Positions 27,127 through 41,100 of a stretch of DNA of 63,554 nt are shown in pieces (position 1 is the first letter of the stretch; the number at the start of each line of letters is the position of its first letter). Origin of the DNA: Spongospora subterranea f. sp. subterranea (Eukaryota). Below the pieces are notes generated by a model. The model saw only the letters and a program-made list of their open reading frames with translations. It did not search any database and was not told where the DNA came from. The translations under genes were made by a program, and so were the position numbers. The DNA is taken from assembly GCA_049724395.1 (NCBI GenBank), contig JAUGWO010000095.1, positions 62,001 through 125,554 on the forward strand, in the 5' to 3' direction.

Positions 27127-28045
27127 CGGATATCTGTTGGGGTTCTCAAATAACGAGAGTTGCTATCGGTGTCCGCCATTGTTTCCCAGTCCTCCATATG
27201 AGATATTGTACTCTGCAATCCTTGTGTCTTTCCTATCAAGTCTATCCGGTTCCATCATCGGGCAGTTTGCCAAGTCTCAATACGGTTTTAATTTATATAC
27301 GTGTGATCCAGCATTTTCATACAATCGTTTGTCGTTACACAAGTAATCGTAGGTTCCTTCCAGTTTTGATCGTGGCGGGTCTCCAAATTGAACAATGAAG
27401 AAGCCATTCCAGTTCTTGCAGTTTTAGCAATAATGATTTTCAAACTATCAGGGGAAGCACAAAGCTTGTACGGCAGCGCTATATTTGAAAAAACGGGCAT
27501 GGTTTCGCCATTAGCACCTTTCGCCCAACCACGGAATGGCCTAGTTCATCAACTGGTCCGATACGACTATGTTTCCATTGGTTGAAGAACCTCAAACCTC
27601 ACAGTTCTGTCGAAACTGTGTCGCATCGAGGCCATGAACGTGACCATCTGAAACGCGTTCTATCTGGAATATCAAGTTACCAACTACCAATGGAAGTATT
27701 GGTTATTGTAGTCGTAAAATGAGTTGCCGCTGCCTACATAATTTCAAAACACAAGTGTTTTAAGTCCTTGATGAAAAATTCATGAAGAAATCTGCCTTGC
27801 CCGCTAATGGGACCTCGACCGATACTTCAACCTGATTTGCATAAAATGCCCGTTATCTTGCACTGTTTGCAGGATCTTATAGTTGCACAAACGATGCTCT
27901 TCTGCATCAGTCAAGGGGATGGCGCCGCGCCCAATAAAATTTGTCCATTTCAAATAGACGTCATTGACATCCACAACAGTTTTGGGGTGGAATTTCGGCG
28001 TGGTTAATGGGGGCAGATCGACACCGTACCGATTATTGGCTGTCA

Positions 28046-31000
28046 ATGATGGCTCCTGAGATGTGCGCTGATCAACGAGGGCCTGCTCGGGACCCTTCGC
28101 ATCCATTCTCTGCCCTTGATCATTTCGTGACTGACCAAAATCGCGCCGTCATTTTACGTCGCCTCCATCATGACGCCGATGAGTTGATAACCGCTCAGCG
28201 TTTATCCAATGCCAGTAAAATAGCACCGCGCGTCCCCCGCCTTCCGTCATTATCGCAAGTCGTTCAATCGGAATATGTTGCAATCGATGCATCGTCTTCC
28301 CCGACCTCATCCAACGTCAGAGCGTTTCACTCTGTCAATATCGCTCCGCTTACTCCCACGACACCACGTCTTGGAACGAATAAGGTTCGTGCAGTTGATG
28401 ATGCTGTCGTAAGCGTCATGGAAGGGAATCGACCTCTTCTGCAATCGCATCGTAAGTGATCGTTCCACCGTATTGGCGATACACATACCGGATTTGGTTA
28501 TGTTAACACGTTGCGCCATAGCAGGGGACGGAAGCGTGTCCAAGGCAGCAACATGGCAGCCGCATCCATTACGGACTCCACGTGATCGATTACCGCCGGT
28601 GCCGGGAACTCCCGCTGCGTTGGCGTCACTACCTAATACGTTCATGACCGAGTTACCGGCTGACGATAATGTTACTTCATCGGACGATACTCCCAGTAAC
28701 GAAGCCGACATCATGACGTTACTTGACCATCGGCGACTGGGAGATTTGGCCAAAGAATTCGCACGTTACCCTGGATCTGCTCTGAACTTGACGCAGTTCG
28801 TCCAGGTCGTCAAGGCGTTCCTGCCTGCGCATTTAGGTATGAAACTAGCGAACAGAAGCTGGAGTTGAAGCTTATCTTGCATTTTAGATGAGGTGCCGGC
28901 GGTGTCGGGCCTATGCCGGTTGTTCGAAGAAATCGATATCAACGGCGATGGGACTATGGAATGGACAGAGTTCACCAACTACATCATCGACGCCGGGATG
29001 CATGTTGACGACAACGCCGAGATTGTAGTGGATGAATATGACCGAGTGCCGCTAACGATACGTGACCCGCGAGAGCAACGTCACAATCATCGCAGCCATC
29101 TGCGCGTCAACCGATTACGATACTTCCCCGTTCTTGATCAAGTCGCGGTTTGGGAAATGCAAAAGACTACGGTTCGGCTGTTCAACGCCAATGTAACAGC
29201 CATGTGAATGCCGGCAACATGACTACATTATTTGACGACCTCTGTTCAGACGTTACACTATACGGGTTCGATTCCATCCCGCAACTGCGAAATCCTCTCG
29301 GCATGCTATGTTCCTGCTATAGCTTCGCTAATAACGTCCGGCAATGACCGGCAGTTACGCGTCTGGGATCCTTTGCGGCACTACGCTAGCGTTGCCACGT
29401 ACCAATGCAGGCAGGCGCATATGGTTTTAGAATGGGACGCTGACCATCGTCTGCTATATTCGGCAGATGAAACTCATCGTCTAAATTGCTGGAAAATCGG
29501 TTCGTCCCCCAAATCCGAGTTGTCATCAGGGTCAAACACCGACGCCAGCGTTATAGGATCATTAAAGGCTCCTTTACATAGTTGTAATGGGCACGATATG
29601 CCAATAATCGATCTTCTTCCGTTGAAGAATCTCAACCTTTTAGCAACCGCTTCTCTTGGTGGGTTTCCGGCTGTTTCAAACGCTAATGTCATCACTGACC
29701 AATGTCGGTCAGATTCCACCATTGGCTTATTCGATATGTCGCAAAATCGTCGTAGCCATACGTTATGTGGTCATACTCGTGGAGTGTTGAGTCTAGCGTA
29801 CCATCCCGATTACCATTGTTTAGGTGCGTCACCGGCGTCCCCCTCTCCGTCCTGCCGTTACCGGAGAGAGAGAGAGTGGGATCGTCATGGGGGATCGGAC
29901 TGCATCCGTATCGTTAATGAGTTGGTGTGTGATAGCCAGTGCAGGATATGATCATAAAGTGAAGGTCTGGGACCCCTATGTCGATAAGAGTATCTGCTCG
30001 TTAAATGGGCACTTCAACCCGCTCATATCAGTGTCGGCTGTCGAGGGGACTCCACAGATCATAACGGTATTGCACACAACATCAATCCTCATGTTATTCA
30101 ACTGCTGATGACGACTACGGGGGATCCACTGTGCATTTGACAATTCCATAGTGTGAATTGATTATATGATGATTTTTGTTCTTTTCCGCCTTCTTCCTTT
30201 GCCAAAATGGTCAAATGCTCTGTTTTCATGATCAACACCATATCAGTGGCTACCTGGGTGATGATCAATTGACCAGCAAATTTCGTGCTACATATTAGGC
30301 TGATACAAGTGGTGTGGTGAAGATCTGGGATATTCGTAATTACGCCTGTATCCAAGCGTTTAGCCTTCGTACGACCGATGGGGTTAGTCTGGATTCTGTC
30401 AGCTCGCTGGCCATTGTACCGGGGCGTAGACGAATTTTGATCGGTGGTATTGGTGGCGTCATCACCTACGATGGTAATATAATTCCTATTCAGTATTGAG
30501 GGCTCTTAAAGCGATTCATCTTATGAGTTTGTTGGATAGGTCTGAGTCAGGGCGGGTCGAAATCCATTATTAGCCGATACGGAGCCCACCTCTATCGCCC
30601 TTTACAACGATCATTTTGCAACATTCGTCACGGCAGCGGGCCGGTCGTTAAAGGTGAACCAGGAACTCAAACCGCTCGTTATAGGACCTTAACCAACGGC
30701 ATTATTGGCGTTCATGTTGGACAGATATGGGAAACGAAATCGGGAGCCATTCGATCCGTCTATCGGGATGTGACCGAGACAGTGATCACAGCGTTGGCAT
30801 TCGACCATAGCCAAAAAAAGGTCAGAAAATAATCCCAAAAAGGGCAATGGCCGAACATGATTTCATTGTCGGACAGATTGTGGTTGGGGATGGAACTGGC
30901 ACTATTCGGGTTCTGAACGGCATGAACGGAACGCAGATGAAGGTCAACCCTCATACGTCCAGCGTATATGTTTTCTTTTTGCGATTATCCATATTCCATT

Positions 31001-32720
31001 CGCTGATGACTTTCCGCTTTTATGGCTGTGCGATTAAATAGCAATGCTGCTTACAGATCAGCGATATTCATCATGGGAAGAGTGTTTCGGCCTTGGCTTA
31101 TATTGCCGATCTTAAAGCAATTGTCTCGTGCTCGTGGGATTCCCTTTCGCGCTTGTATGACGACTCCGCTTCTGTAAATTCCGCACACTTCACCCAATAC
31201 TCAAATTCTTTTCCAAGATGCCAACATGTTGGGGTATTGTTTTTTCTGGTAGTTGACGGATCGAATATTCTTACGACGCGAGGCGCGTTCTCAATCCAGC
31301 GATGTACTTTGCGCTGCTGTCTCCAGCAATTTGACCCTGTTGGCGTCTGGTTCTGTCCTGGGCACCATATCCTTATGGGATTATGACTCCAACTCTATTG
31401 AAAGTGAGCTCCTAGGTCTAGTCTCACACTCAATCTACCCAATCGATTATACTCGTTTATGCTATGCCAATTTTCTGTTGAATCATTTTTCTCTTCCGTT
31501 CATTGTGTCCCATGATTTCAGCATCAAGATAATTTTGCCAATTTGGCTTAACTGCATTACAGGTCACAATTGTGAGATAACCGGTTTATTATTCCTGGAT
31601 CCATATCCTTTATTGGTATCGGCCGATAAGGATGGGAACCTGTGCATATGGGTAGTTCGGCCTATTTCCCGAGGCGATTCCGCTGTAGGACGCTGTCTAG
31701 CTCGTTTGGTCAACGAGGTGCGTGGTGTTCCTCAGGCACCTGTTGCCCTGGGGTTTCTACCCACGGATTCCGTTCTGTATACGGGTGACGTAGCCGGGAT
31801 CTGTCGCATCTGGCGCCTTGGTATTACCACATTTTACTTACTCGGGAAGACGATCAACTCGAGTTTGTGGCAATTAAGTTGAGATATCAATTTCAAACAC
31901 GTTTTATTTCAAACAGTTGTTTAGATTGTCAACACAGCTAGACGGTGTCTAGTGTCATGACGTAATCTGTTTGCTCATTGGAGGAATCGTTTTAGCTGGG
32001 GCAATTCGTCGTTTGAAGATTGTAGAGTTCTCATCGTCGTCCGATGTCGGTTCTCGTAAGACGGCCCGCCTAGAAGCTTACGAGTCGTACCGGTCGAGGA
32101 ATCGGTTAATGATGGCTCGGGTGGCCGATGGCGATCTCCTTCCTGGTGATATCCAGCTGATTGGATCATGGCAAGCTCATCATGACGCCATACGATACTT
32201 AGGTACACCATGCTTTTCGCAATTTGCTTTCGATTTACGACGTAATGTGGCAATTGAGTTGCTCGCTCTACCCGCTTTACAGACGTTTTCATAAGCATTT
32301 ACCAATAGATAGAAATATTTTTGTTCTCAACGTCGTTCAATCTGATGTTCGCCGAACTGAACTCAGTCGTTATCGGAACGTGACTTCTCAAGCAACTTCG
32401 TTGCTCAGATTTGATCAAATGGGGCACGATTGGCGCTGGTTTAATCACGACCAGTTTCGATCGCACCGTTAAGGTCAGTATTGAAGAAGGCCCATCAATC
32501 TGAGCTCCAACGGTTGACGGTTCAGGTTTGGTCATTAAGAGGGCGCCAGATTGGGGCTCTGCATCAAGGACGGGGTCTAGCAGATGTGTCCAGCACGAAT
32601 ATGACGCCATGGAATTACGTCCCGAATACGGCCGCCCGCATTCAGCGTGCCCATGATCGAGCTCATGGTATGATAAACGCTACCAAAAGTACCCTCAATC
32701 CGAATAATAAAGGACCATAA
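28046..32720 (+). CDS. EF-hand plus WD40-repeat protein (WDR49/WDR64/EFCAB8-like), multi-exon; ends approximate
   Basis: EF hand DINGDGTMEWTEF (~28936-28975); many WD repeats (GHTRGVLSL, SAGYDHKVKVWDP, GHFNPLISV, GHNCEITGL...LCIW). Confidence 0.8.
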
Positions 32721-32966
32721 CATAACAACAGCGAGAACCGCTCCACGTTTTCAGAGCCCTCGTAACAAATCATGGTTTTCGGGCCCATGCTTTCCAAGGC
32801 GGATGAAAGAGGTGAATGGCCCAAAACTTAAAATGACCCAATAGGAATATTCCGTCCTTCATTGCCTTTGATTCCGAATTTCCTGCATCATAGCCCCTCC
32901 TTTTTTAATAGATAACAGGTATTCTCGTTCCTACTTCAACAAAAGCACATGTTGATTTCTCTCTAG

Positions 32967-33637
32967 GTCGGATTCGACGCATCTTGCTAAAAGTCGGACT
33001 ACGGTGGTCTTGCAATTGTACAGTCCCGGTCCTCGTCGAAAATATCTCCAATCGGTGCGTTTCGATCGAGAATATCGCTCGACCTCAATGTCTCCAGACA
33101 CTGTGATCTGTCTGTGTAGGCTGAATGCAGTTATTATGTGCTAAACAGTCGGATGGATCTCAACCTTCCGATCTCTAAATCCTCGACATCATTATCTGAA
33201 TAATTGTCTCTACCTTCTTCATACATGGTAAAGTCGGAAAGATTCTATCTGTAAGTAACGAAAAATGCCCGAACAAGAAGAAATTGGCATCTGTGGAATC
33301 TTTGTCGGAACGAATCCCCTTTTGTGTCGAGGGGTGAAAAAACCAGTTTTTATGGGTACTTGATGACTGAACCGAAGAGACAATTAAAATATTTTCGATT
33401 TCACCATCAAGATAGAGGGGCTTGTTCAGATAATGATGTCGAGGAACTAGGAGAGCGGAAAACATGATTGATGTACTAGCTGCATCCAGCCTACACAGGC
33501 GGATTCGAACATTGTGGTCGAGCGTTATCCTCTATCAAAACGCGCCAAATTGAGGACATTTCTCGACGAAGGCGAAAACTACAAATACTACAAGATCACC
33601 GTAGTCCAGTTTTCAGCAAGATGTGTCGATTTGGATT
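32967..33637. repeat. Diverged inverted repeat, ~165-bp arms (32967-33131 and 33474-33637)
   Basis: The reverse complement of the right arm aligns with the left arm: CATCTTGCT, GGACTACGGTG.TCTTG, CGCTCGACC.CAATGT, CTGTGTAGGCTG.ATGCAG. Confidence 0.8.
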
Positions 33638-35087
33638 AATGGAAAAATTGCAGGGCTTTGCTGCATACTAAGGATCAGCTGAAATTAAGGCATTAAGGTG
33701 AGGACCATCACTTCAAAGACGTGTATCAACTGTGTATTCACATGATTAACGAATGCACATATTCCCTGCAGAAGGAGAAGACGGCAGTTTCCTGCGTGAC
33801 CGCCAGTATGACGGCAGGACCATGACTGAAGCAAAGGCCGCGTCACTGGGCGGAACCTGCGAGAGAGGTCTGCCGGAAGAAAAGAAGGAAGAATACAGAA
33901 TTGATTGATTGACCGAAGTGATAGAAGTTTGAACTTAACTCACACAGCGTTGTCACAACTTCGATCCCAGAAGACGAGTCAAAAAGTGACTGGTACTCCT
34001 TAGCGACGATGAGCTTCCCGGCTTATTCAACAATAGACTGTTGAAACTGTAGCCATACCGGAATTGGCGCCATCATGAACCTGAGTTGGCACTGGTCGAT
34101 TCGAAAGAAGACGACGGCGATTTCAAATAATAATATTTCCTCGTCTTGGGAGGTATGTTGGCGGAACGTCAGTGACGCTGTTGGATGACTCAACGTTAAA
34201 CAGGATCATATAAAGTGCTCTTTCCTTGTTTGATTTTTTCGTTAATACTCGCTAGTCGTATTGGTATATACGACGAACGGCTATACCAGATTGGTCATAC
34301 GCCTGCAAGTTATCAATCCATTTTTGGATATTTGTGCTAAATGGCTTTGTTGAATGACTTATTATGATTATGTTGATTTCGAACATAAATGACGCGATCG
34401 TGAGCTCAAATAGTTCAGCCCATTGACAATATATTTGCGTTGAGTCGCGGTATTCATCCAGTGCGAGGTCGTCGTGATTTGGCCGCACTAACCCGGGTAA
34501 TCATGAAGTGCCGAGGAGAATAACCTTGTTAAAATAAATGGATCTGACCACATGGCTCGGGTGAATGTGGGAGAGTGAGCTGCCTGGCAGTAAACTCGAT
34601 ATCTCTGGATAGGCAATGTAATCGGGTGGGGGCAGGTCCCATTCGGTGTGGTCGTTAGGACAGGTTATGGCCAGCTGGTCTAATAGGTTCCTTCATTGGA
34701 TATCCAAGGGTACTTGTAGCGCCCATGGGAAGTAGGGAAAACATGGGAGTACACAGGATTACCCGACCAATAAGAACCCGCCAACATTTGTATACCATAC
34801 CATACTGATGTAGACGTAGACTACCCTATTGGATAACAGGGGTCCACCTGATCAGTGTATACCGTTGTATTGAACTTCAGTTGTCCTAACGATCAATTAT
34901 TGAACGAGAATTTGTCATTGCATATCCTGTTCTCAAAATATTTCTTCAAACCTTGTCATCATCAAATCAATTTCTCATTGTTGCGCTTTAAAAAACCAAT
35001 TACATTGCATTTTTTCTGTTTATTAGATCTTTCCGCAACTGGCTGTAACTGTAATAATTTGAGGCGACTTTCAAATACTTTTTTCTT

Positions 35088-35510
35088 CTAATTGGTAGGC
35101 AATTGGCTTTCATTCTCTTCATTCAGTTTGTTCAAAATGTGGAGTGCCTCTTCTAACAGGGTCTTTCGGTCGAGGGCATATTCTTGATTGTGAGCTCTGA
35201 GTTTCAAATCGCGAAACAATTCTTGCAAATCTGCCAACAAACTGGCAAGCAGACCAATGTCGCATGGTTCGGCAGGATGGAGGGCTCCATAACTCCAAAG
35301 TTCCTCTATCCCAGAAGTTGTGGCACTCTTTTCGTCACAAAAACGGGTCGCCATTTCTTCATTTCCCGCCTCCAGTTGTGCAAGAAATCCGTCCATCAAA
35401 TCTTCAACGGCTTGATTCCTCACGTCGTTTATCGGTTCCTGATCAACAGGCGGGTGCTCTTGATGCAGTTGGGTCTCATCGTCCGATAGTCCAATCACTT
35501 GTTGCAACAC
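35088..35510 (-). other. Acidic 140-aa ORF of unknown function inside the inverted-repeat segment
   Basis: ORF track only; helical E/D/L-rich composition with no recognised motif. Confidence 0.3.
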
Positions 35511-35618
35511 CGAACACTAGAGCGATTCCAAACACGAATATGATTGAAACCTTCATAGCTCAAACAATACGATAATGATTGAAACGTGAACTCCCTACGG
35601 TAGTACTGTTGTAGGTGG

Positions 35619-35710
35619 CGGGAAAACTGCGGGATACTGCGGGATACTGCGGGATACGGCGGAATACTGTGGGATACTGCGGAATACTGTGGGATACCGC
35701 CGTATCCCGC
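35619..35710. repeat. 10-bp degenerate tandem array (GGGATACTGC-like, ~8 copies) ending in an inverted unit
   Basis: GGGATACTGC/GGAATACTGT units followed by GTATCCCGC; reverse-complement copies at ~36285-36306 next to a poly-C run. Confidence 0.85.
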
Positions 35711-36635
35711 GGTTACACGAATCGGCGACGGAGGAGAACAAATAGGAGGGCTCACGACAACTCTCGACGACAAACGCTACCCTCGACGACGAAATTAATC
35801 GACAAGTAAATCAAAATTCAACTACGCAAAAAAAATGCATGTCGCACTGGAAGTTGCGGTAAACACATAAAAGTTCGAAATCCGATGTTTAAAATCCAAG
35901 TTCAGGAAGCAAAGTTTTATAACCATAAATCCATTAAAGGTTGTTCCGACAACATGATCTGCGTGATCTGCATTATCGCGCCAAAGCATTTGCAATGCAA
36001 TTCGTCACTCTTGTGTCTCCAGGAACGTAAAACGGCAAAGTGTTTGATCCTTTTGTTGACCGTTTCCGATCGCGCCATTATGGTTCGCGGGTTCTTATGG
36101 GTCGGGTAGTCCTGTGTACTACCAGGTTTTCCCTACTTCCGCCTGGCCGCTACAAGTAGCTTGGGTATCCGATGAAGGAACATATTAGACCAGCATTTGT
36201 CGCACTATGGCGGTTCTCGCATTCCGTAGACACCACTGTACAACAGTGTGTTTTTTCGGATTGATAGTGGATTTAGGTGACGTGGCAGTATTCCGCAGTA
36301 TCCCGCCCCCCCCCCCCCCCCCCCCCCCATACCCCCTCCGTGATTCGTCGGATGTTCTGCCAGCGGTGTGGGAAGCCGGACGGGCAATGCCCTCCCGGCT
36401 GCCCATCCAGCCACTGGAACACTAATTTTGGTCAATGCAGGATTGATGGTCGTAGCAGGACGGCCGTAATGTCGACGCTTCTCCTCACCAATTTTGGACG
36501 CAGTCAACTCGGCTAGCTGCTCCTTGATAGATTGCTGAACACGGGGGTGCATTTCCTGCTGCGATTCACCCAGTGGAGCAGAAATCCATGAAGCTTCCTA
36601 AAGGCGCCCCTGTCAATGTTATCTTCACTCTGGAT

Positions 36636-36990
36636 TCAACGTACAGCACGCGCAGTGGAATAATAGACATTTACCTGTGAAATTTTTTCTAATGTTCGCA
36701 GGGAAATATGTTCGCAATAATTCCTCTGCAATTGATATCGTATATCTTGTAATGGAATATTACGGATAATCAGAGCTTGGACATCATCAATCCATTCGGT
36801 GCTCATAATGGCTGCCGAAACTGGAAGGGAACGCTGGAGTTGATGCTTCTTTATCCAACGTTGCCGTGTGCGGTGAGAAATGTCGACCTGGTGGTGCTCC
36901 CTGAGACCCTGCACTATATCTGCATTGCATTCACCAGCTTCCAACTTCCTCTGTACGAAATTCAAAACGACTCGATCCTGCATCTGCCGA
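36636..36990 (-). pseudogene. Fragment with two Clr5-like HTH repeats, typical of the N-terminus of some transposases
   Basis: ADIVQGLREHHQVDISHRTRQRWIKKHQLQR and QDIRYQLQRNYCEHISLRTLEK; no catalytic domain follows. Confidence 0.5.
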
Positions 36991-38102
36991 CAACTCTTGA
37001 CGACAAACGCTAGCCTCGACGACGAAATCAATCGGCGAGTGGGTCGCACTATGGCGGTTCTCGCATTCCGTACTAGGGAACGGACCTCTAATTGCCCAGG
37101 ACGTTCTACGTGTTCCATTCTTGAGACATTTTTGTTAACATCAAAGTGAATTTCCTCATTTTCGATCCCCTCTTGCTCATCAGCCATGGGATTCTCAATT
37201 GGAGATACCTGCGAGTCGGGCTCACTGTCAACCAAACAATAATGAAGTAAACTCCAGAGTCTGAGCTTGCTCAATCGAAAAACTCTGACGTTTTTAGGTG
37301 ACAGTTGGCCGATGAAGTGTGTGATTATTTTTCGCTTCGGATCGTCATAACGGTCCAATTTTTTCATGTGCAATCAACATCTGCCCATGGCCTGATATTC
37401 AACAGTCCCTTATAGCCAATCGTCAGACGACTAGGTAATCTACATCCCTGGTCAGAGCATGAAAAATTCGTCAAACGAGGGCTAGGTGCTAATTCCCGTG
37501 ATTGATGAGCAACAGGGACTCGACAACGCTGAGTTCACTGTAATCCACCGGTAGAGGGTCGACCACTTGGCGCACCGACTTGGCAGATCTTCGCCATGTT
37601 ATATTCATATATTGATTTGATCAGTATCTGAAGATTGTCTCGGTTGTTCCATAGCACTCTATGTGTTTAATTGTGTAGTCGTTATCGATAATCTTCACAG
37701 CCGGAAATCTCTGTTGTTTCCTGTATTACAAATGGGGTTCGCCGAGTTGATTTGATTGGTACATACCCGGTAGACTGTGTTCATCAATACAGACTTAGCT
37801 GATCATAAATATAATATTCATATTGGTCCCGAAACTATCAAATATTCCACGTGTACTGAAACCGGTTTCCGTAATACCCCTTTTGTGTCATCCACAGATT
37901 AATATCGTGTTAACGTTGATCGTGAGTATTGACCAGGAGAACCCCTTCACTAAATCATCCAGAAAGCACAAACGACTGGGGTTCTGTCGTCTTCCTGAGG
38001 AGGGTCGAGTTGGCGCCAGGATCACTGGTGTTGATTAGATGATGAACAGTCGATCGTTATGGTTATTATCATGATCATATCGATATAATCGAATGTGTTA
38101 TC

Positions 38103-41100
38103 TGGTGTGGTGATCTACCGTGCGCCTAACTCCGTCTCCGCTACACAAATACACAATTCTGATTGACCCGTTTGATCTGTGATTGTCTGTTGACCAACAG
38201 ATTGGCACAAAGCGCTTTAACTGTACCTGAGGGAAACAGCAGCTATATGTCGGACGACGAGCATGTGGACTACCAACGTCCAGCGGAAACTGAACGGGGT
38301 GCCCCCCATCGGGAAAGGTCTCAAAACCGGTGGGAGGCGATTGTCTCATTCCTCAACGATTATGAATGGTACGGCAAAATCTATGATGATGGAATTGCTG
38401 ATGGCTCGATTGATCCAAAAATTAAGCCGCGCTTGATTAAGTCGGCTATTCACCCAAACACCCTTTCCTTTATTTGTGCCTTGCTGTTAAAGAAGCCAAA
38501 GAGTGAGGTGGATTCGGAACAGCTGTTGAGCTGGATGCGCAGTAAAGTTGGGAAAACGGAGCCCGATTCTGGGTCCATGAGTACCATATTGAAGCGCGCT
38601 TTGGCAGGAGTTGTGAAGTTAGGAAGTAGAAATGATCCGGAAGATCGTATTTTTCGCCTGTTTACTACGTTCAACGAGACCGTAGCCAATAAGGGGTGGG
38701 CCTCAGCTTTCGAAGGAAAAGATGGTCGCAAGCAGAAAATTCAATATCTGCTGAAGCGATGCGCAGTGAGCCGACACTCCATCAGCTGGTGAAAGATTTT
38801 TTTGGAAAAGGACTCGAAGCTCGTTCAAGATGAGATCCGGTTTTTCGAAGTTGCCTGTGCGGAAGCCATTTGTGTTCACAAGGCAGAGGAGATCATTGCC
38901 GCGCGTGATGGGATCACGAAGCGTAAGCAATTCACTGGGAGCAAACCTGAAGGCGAGCCGAAGCGCAAAGGCCGAAGGAGATCCAGAAGCACGCTAATCA
39001 CCCTTTGCAAGAGAGAGAGGCAATTGTCTGAAATGTGGTTCCGGTGACCACAAAATGGCTAGCTGTCCGAAGAAGCCCAGTGTTGAACGTCAGCGGAAGC
39101 TTTTGGATCAGCATAAGACAGCAAAAATTGATGTTCCTGTACTCTTGATTAAGATCCGGAATTGGGACAGAAGTTGAAAACTCTGACACGGTTAGAGAGA
39201 TTCAAGTGAAAATTTCCAACATGTCTTTCGCATGCCCAGCGCTGTTGGATAATGGCTCGGACGTAACTATTATCCCGAAATCAGTGGCAATTACCATCGC
39301 CTCAGGTCGCGACTCTTCCGGATGGTGAAACTTTGTGCGAATTGCACGAGGTGAATGAATTTAGACCTGGTATTAATGAGTAGGGCAGGCGAGATAACAC
39401 TACGAAATCGAAAGTGTTACGTCTGGGACATCCTCAACCAGGAAATTTAAGGAAGAGATCTTATCAGAAATCGGTATCTCACCTGAGCAAGCTCTTGAGA
39501 TGTTGATCGATTCGATGGAATCTGAAAGACCAGTTGGCAGCAGGAATCCAGCCAGCGAGTACGGCGCTGATCACGCTATGGAGTTGGGGATATCGGAAAT
39601 GAATTCTAATTTTCCTGATATCGGATTGGATACTGACGAAGCAACGCAATTGGCGATTAATCGGATGATTGACAAGGCAGTTGAGAAAGGATTTCCTTCC
39701 GAATGGCAAAACAGACTGAGGGAGATCATTAGCAGATATAGAAATGTATTTCGTTTGAAACTATCGAATGATGCTCCTGCAGCAGTCACCCCATTGAAAT
39801 CTTGAGTTGATTGACAATGCCAAACACATAAGGTGTGCCAGTCGAAAGTATGGGCGACATCTAAGCGAACTTCTGGACGATTTTATTCAAAACTAGTGGA
39901 ATATGGACTGGTTTATGAGAACAGGAATAACAAATGGGCTTCTACAAAAACCATGAAACCGTCGGTATCGGATGTGTGTTGATTTGAGAGAAGTCAACAA
40001 ACAGTGTCACTCGATTATGTGGCCGATGCCACACCTGGAGGCTATCGTTCAATATCTTGCTGATAAACAGTATTGGTTCGCGTTAGACGCCTTCAAAGGT
40101 TTCTGGATTATGCCATTGCATCCCGACTCTCAGGAGATATTGAGCTTTGCGACGGACAGAGGTGTTTACACTCCTACCAGAAGCATTCAGGGCCATCTGA
40201 ACTCCACTGTTTATTTGCTGAACTAATGTATAAGTCGTTAATCATCTGGGTGGATGATCTATTGGGATACAGCCGCACAGTGGATGAATGGTTCGGAGCT
40301 CTCAGCAGAACATTGCATTTGGCGGAGCAGTCGGGGCTGAAACTGAGATCGATGTGAGCTTAGGTGAAATTTCCTGGCAAAAATCTTCACACCCACTGGA
40401 GTCAAACACGATCCTGAACGCATCAAGGTTTTGATGCAGATAGGAACACCGAAAAAAAGCTAGTGATTTACAGCAATTTCTGTGTAGTGTACAGTGGATG
40501 CAAAGACATATTCCAGAATATCATCGGATGGTTGGTAAACTTCAAGATGTATTCGAGAATGCAATGAAGAACCAACCAAAGAGAAGCAAAGTGATTGCCA
40601 GAAGTATAACACTCAGCAAACATGGCTGGGGTCTGGAGCATGATCATGCATTCATGACACTGAAAGAAGCGATAGCTAATTCGGTACAACTGGCATACCC
40701 AAAATCGGATCACGTTCAATGCATCTTCACTGATGCGAAACAAGATCACTGTGCTGGTCTAGTGACACAGATACCGAAGAGTGATCTGGAGAAACCATTG
40801 TCGGAACAGAGCCACGAAACGTTGGGTTTTAGTGGGCATAAATGGGATAGAACACAGCAAAATTGGACTGTTCCCGAATGGGAGGCTTTCGAAGTTAAAT
40901 TAAATCTTGTTTGGAGAAATTAGACTACACCTGTTTCCAGTTTTGGGAGAGGACCGAGAGCCGTGTCGGTTGTATACCGATCACAAAAAAAATTGGTTTC
41001 AATGTTCAATCCTGATAAGAACCTGGCGAAGCGCACCTTTGCAAAACTTAATCGATGGGATATGGATATCTCAAGGGTCAATTATATGATTGAGCACATT

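Larger units (their letters stand above)
34674..36194. mobile_element. Segment bounded by ~108-bp inverted repeats (34674-34781 and 36087-36194); possible non-autonomous TIR element
   Basis: GCTGGTCTAATA.GTTCCTTCAT...GGAAGTAGGGAAAAC...GTACACAGGA.TACCCGACC.ATAAGAACCCGC is present in both orientations with few mismatches. No TSD recognised. Confidence 0.6.

Noticed and set aside
27804..28106. 100-aa minus-strand ORF
   Set aside because: No motif; overlaps the start of the EF-hand/WD40 gene.
33700..34600. Coding-like fragments, e.g. ORF 34252-34488
   Set aside because: No recognisable domain or consistent exon structure.
36302..36329. Poly-C/poly-G run giving poly-Pro/Gly ORFs
   Set aside because: Simple homopolymer of unreliable length in repeat debris.
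37380..38102. Possible 5' LTR of the gypsy element
   Set aside because: No matching 3' copy and no clear TG...CA boundaries.
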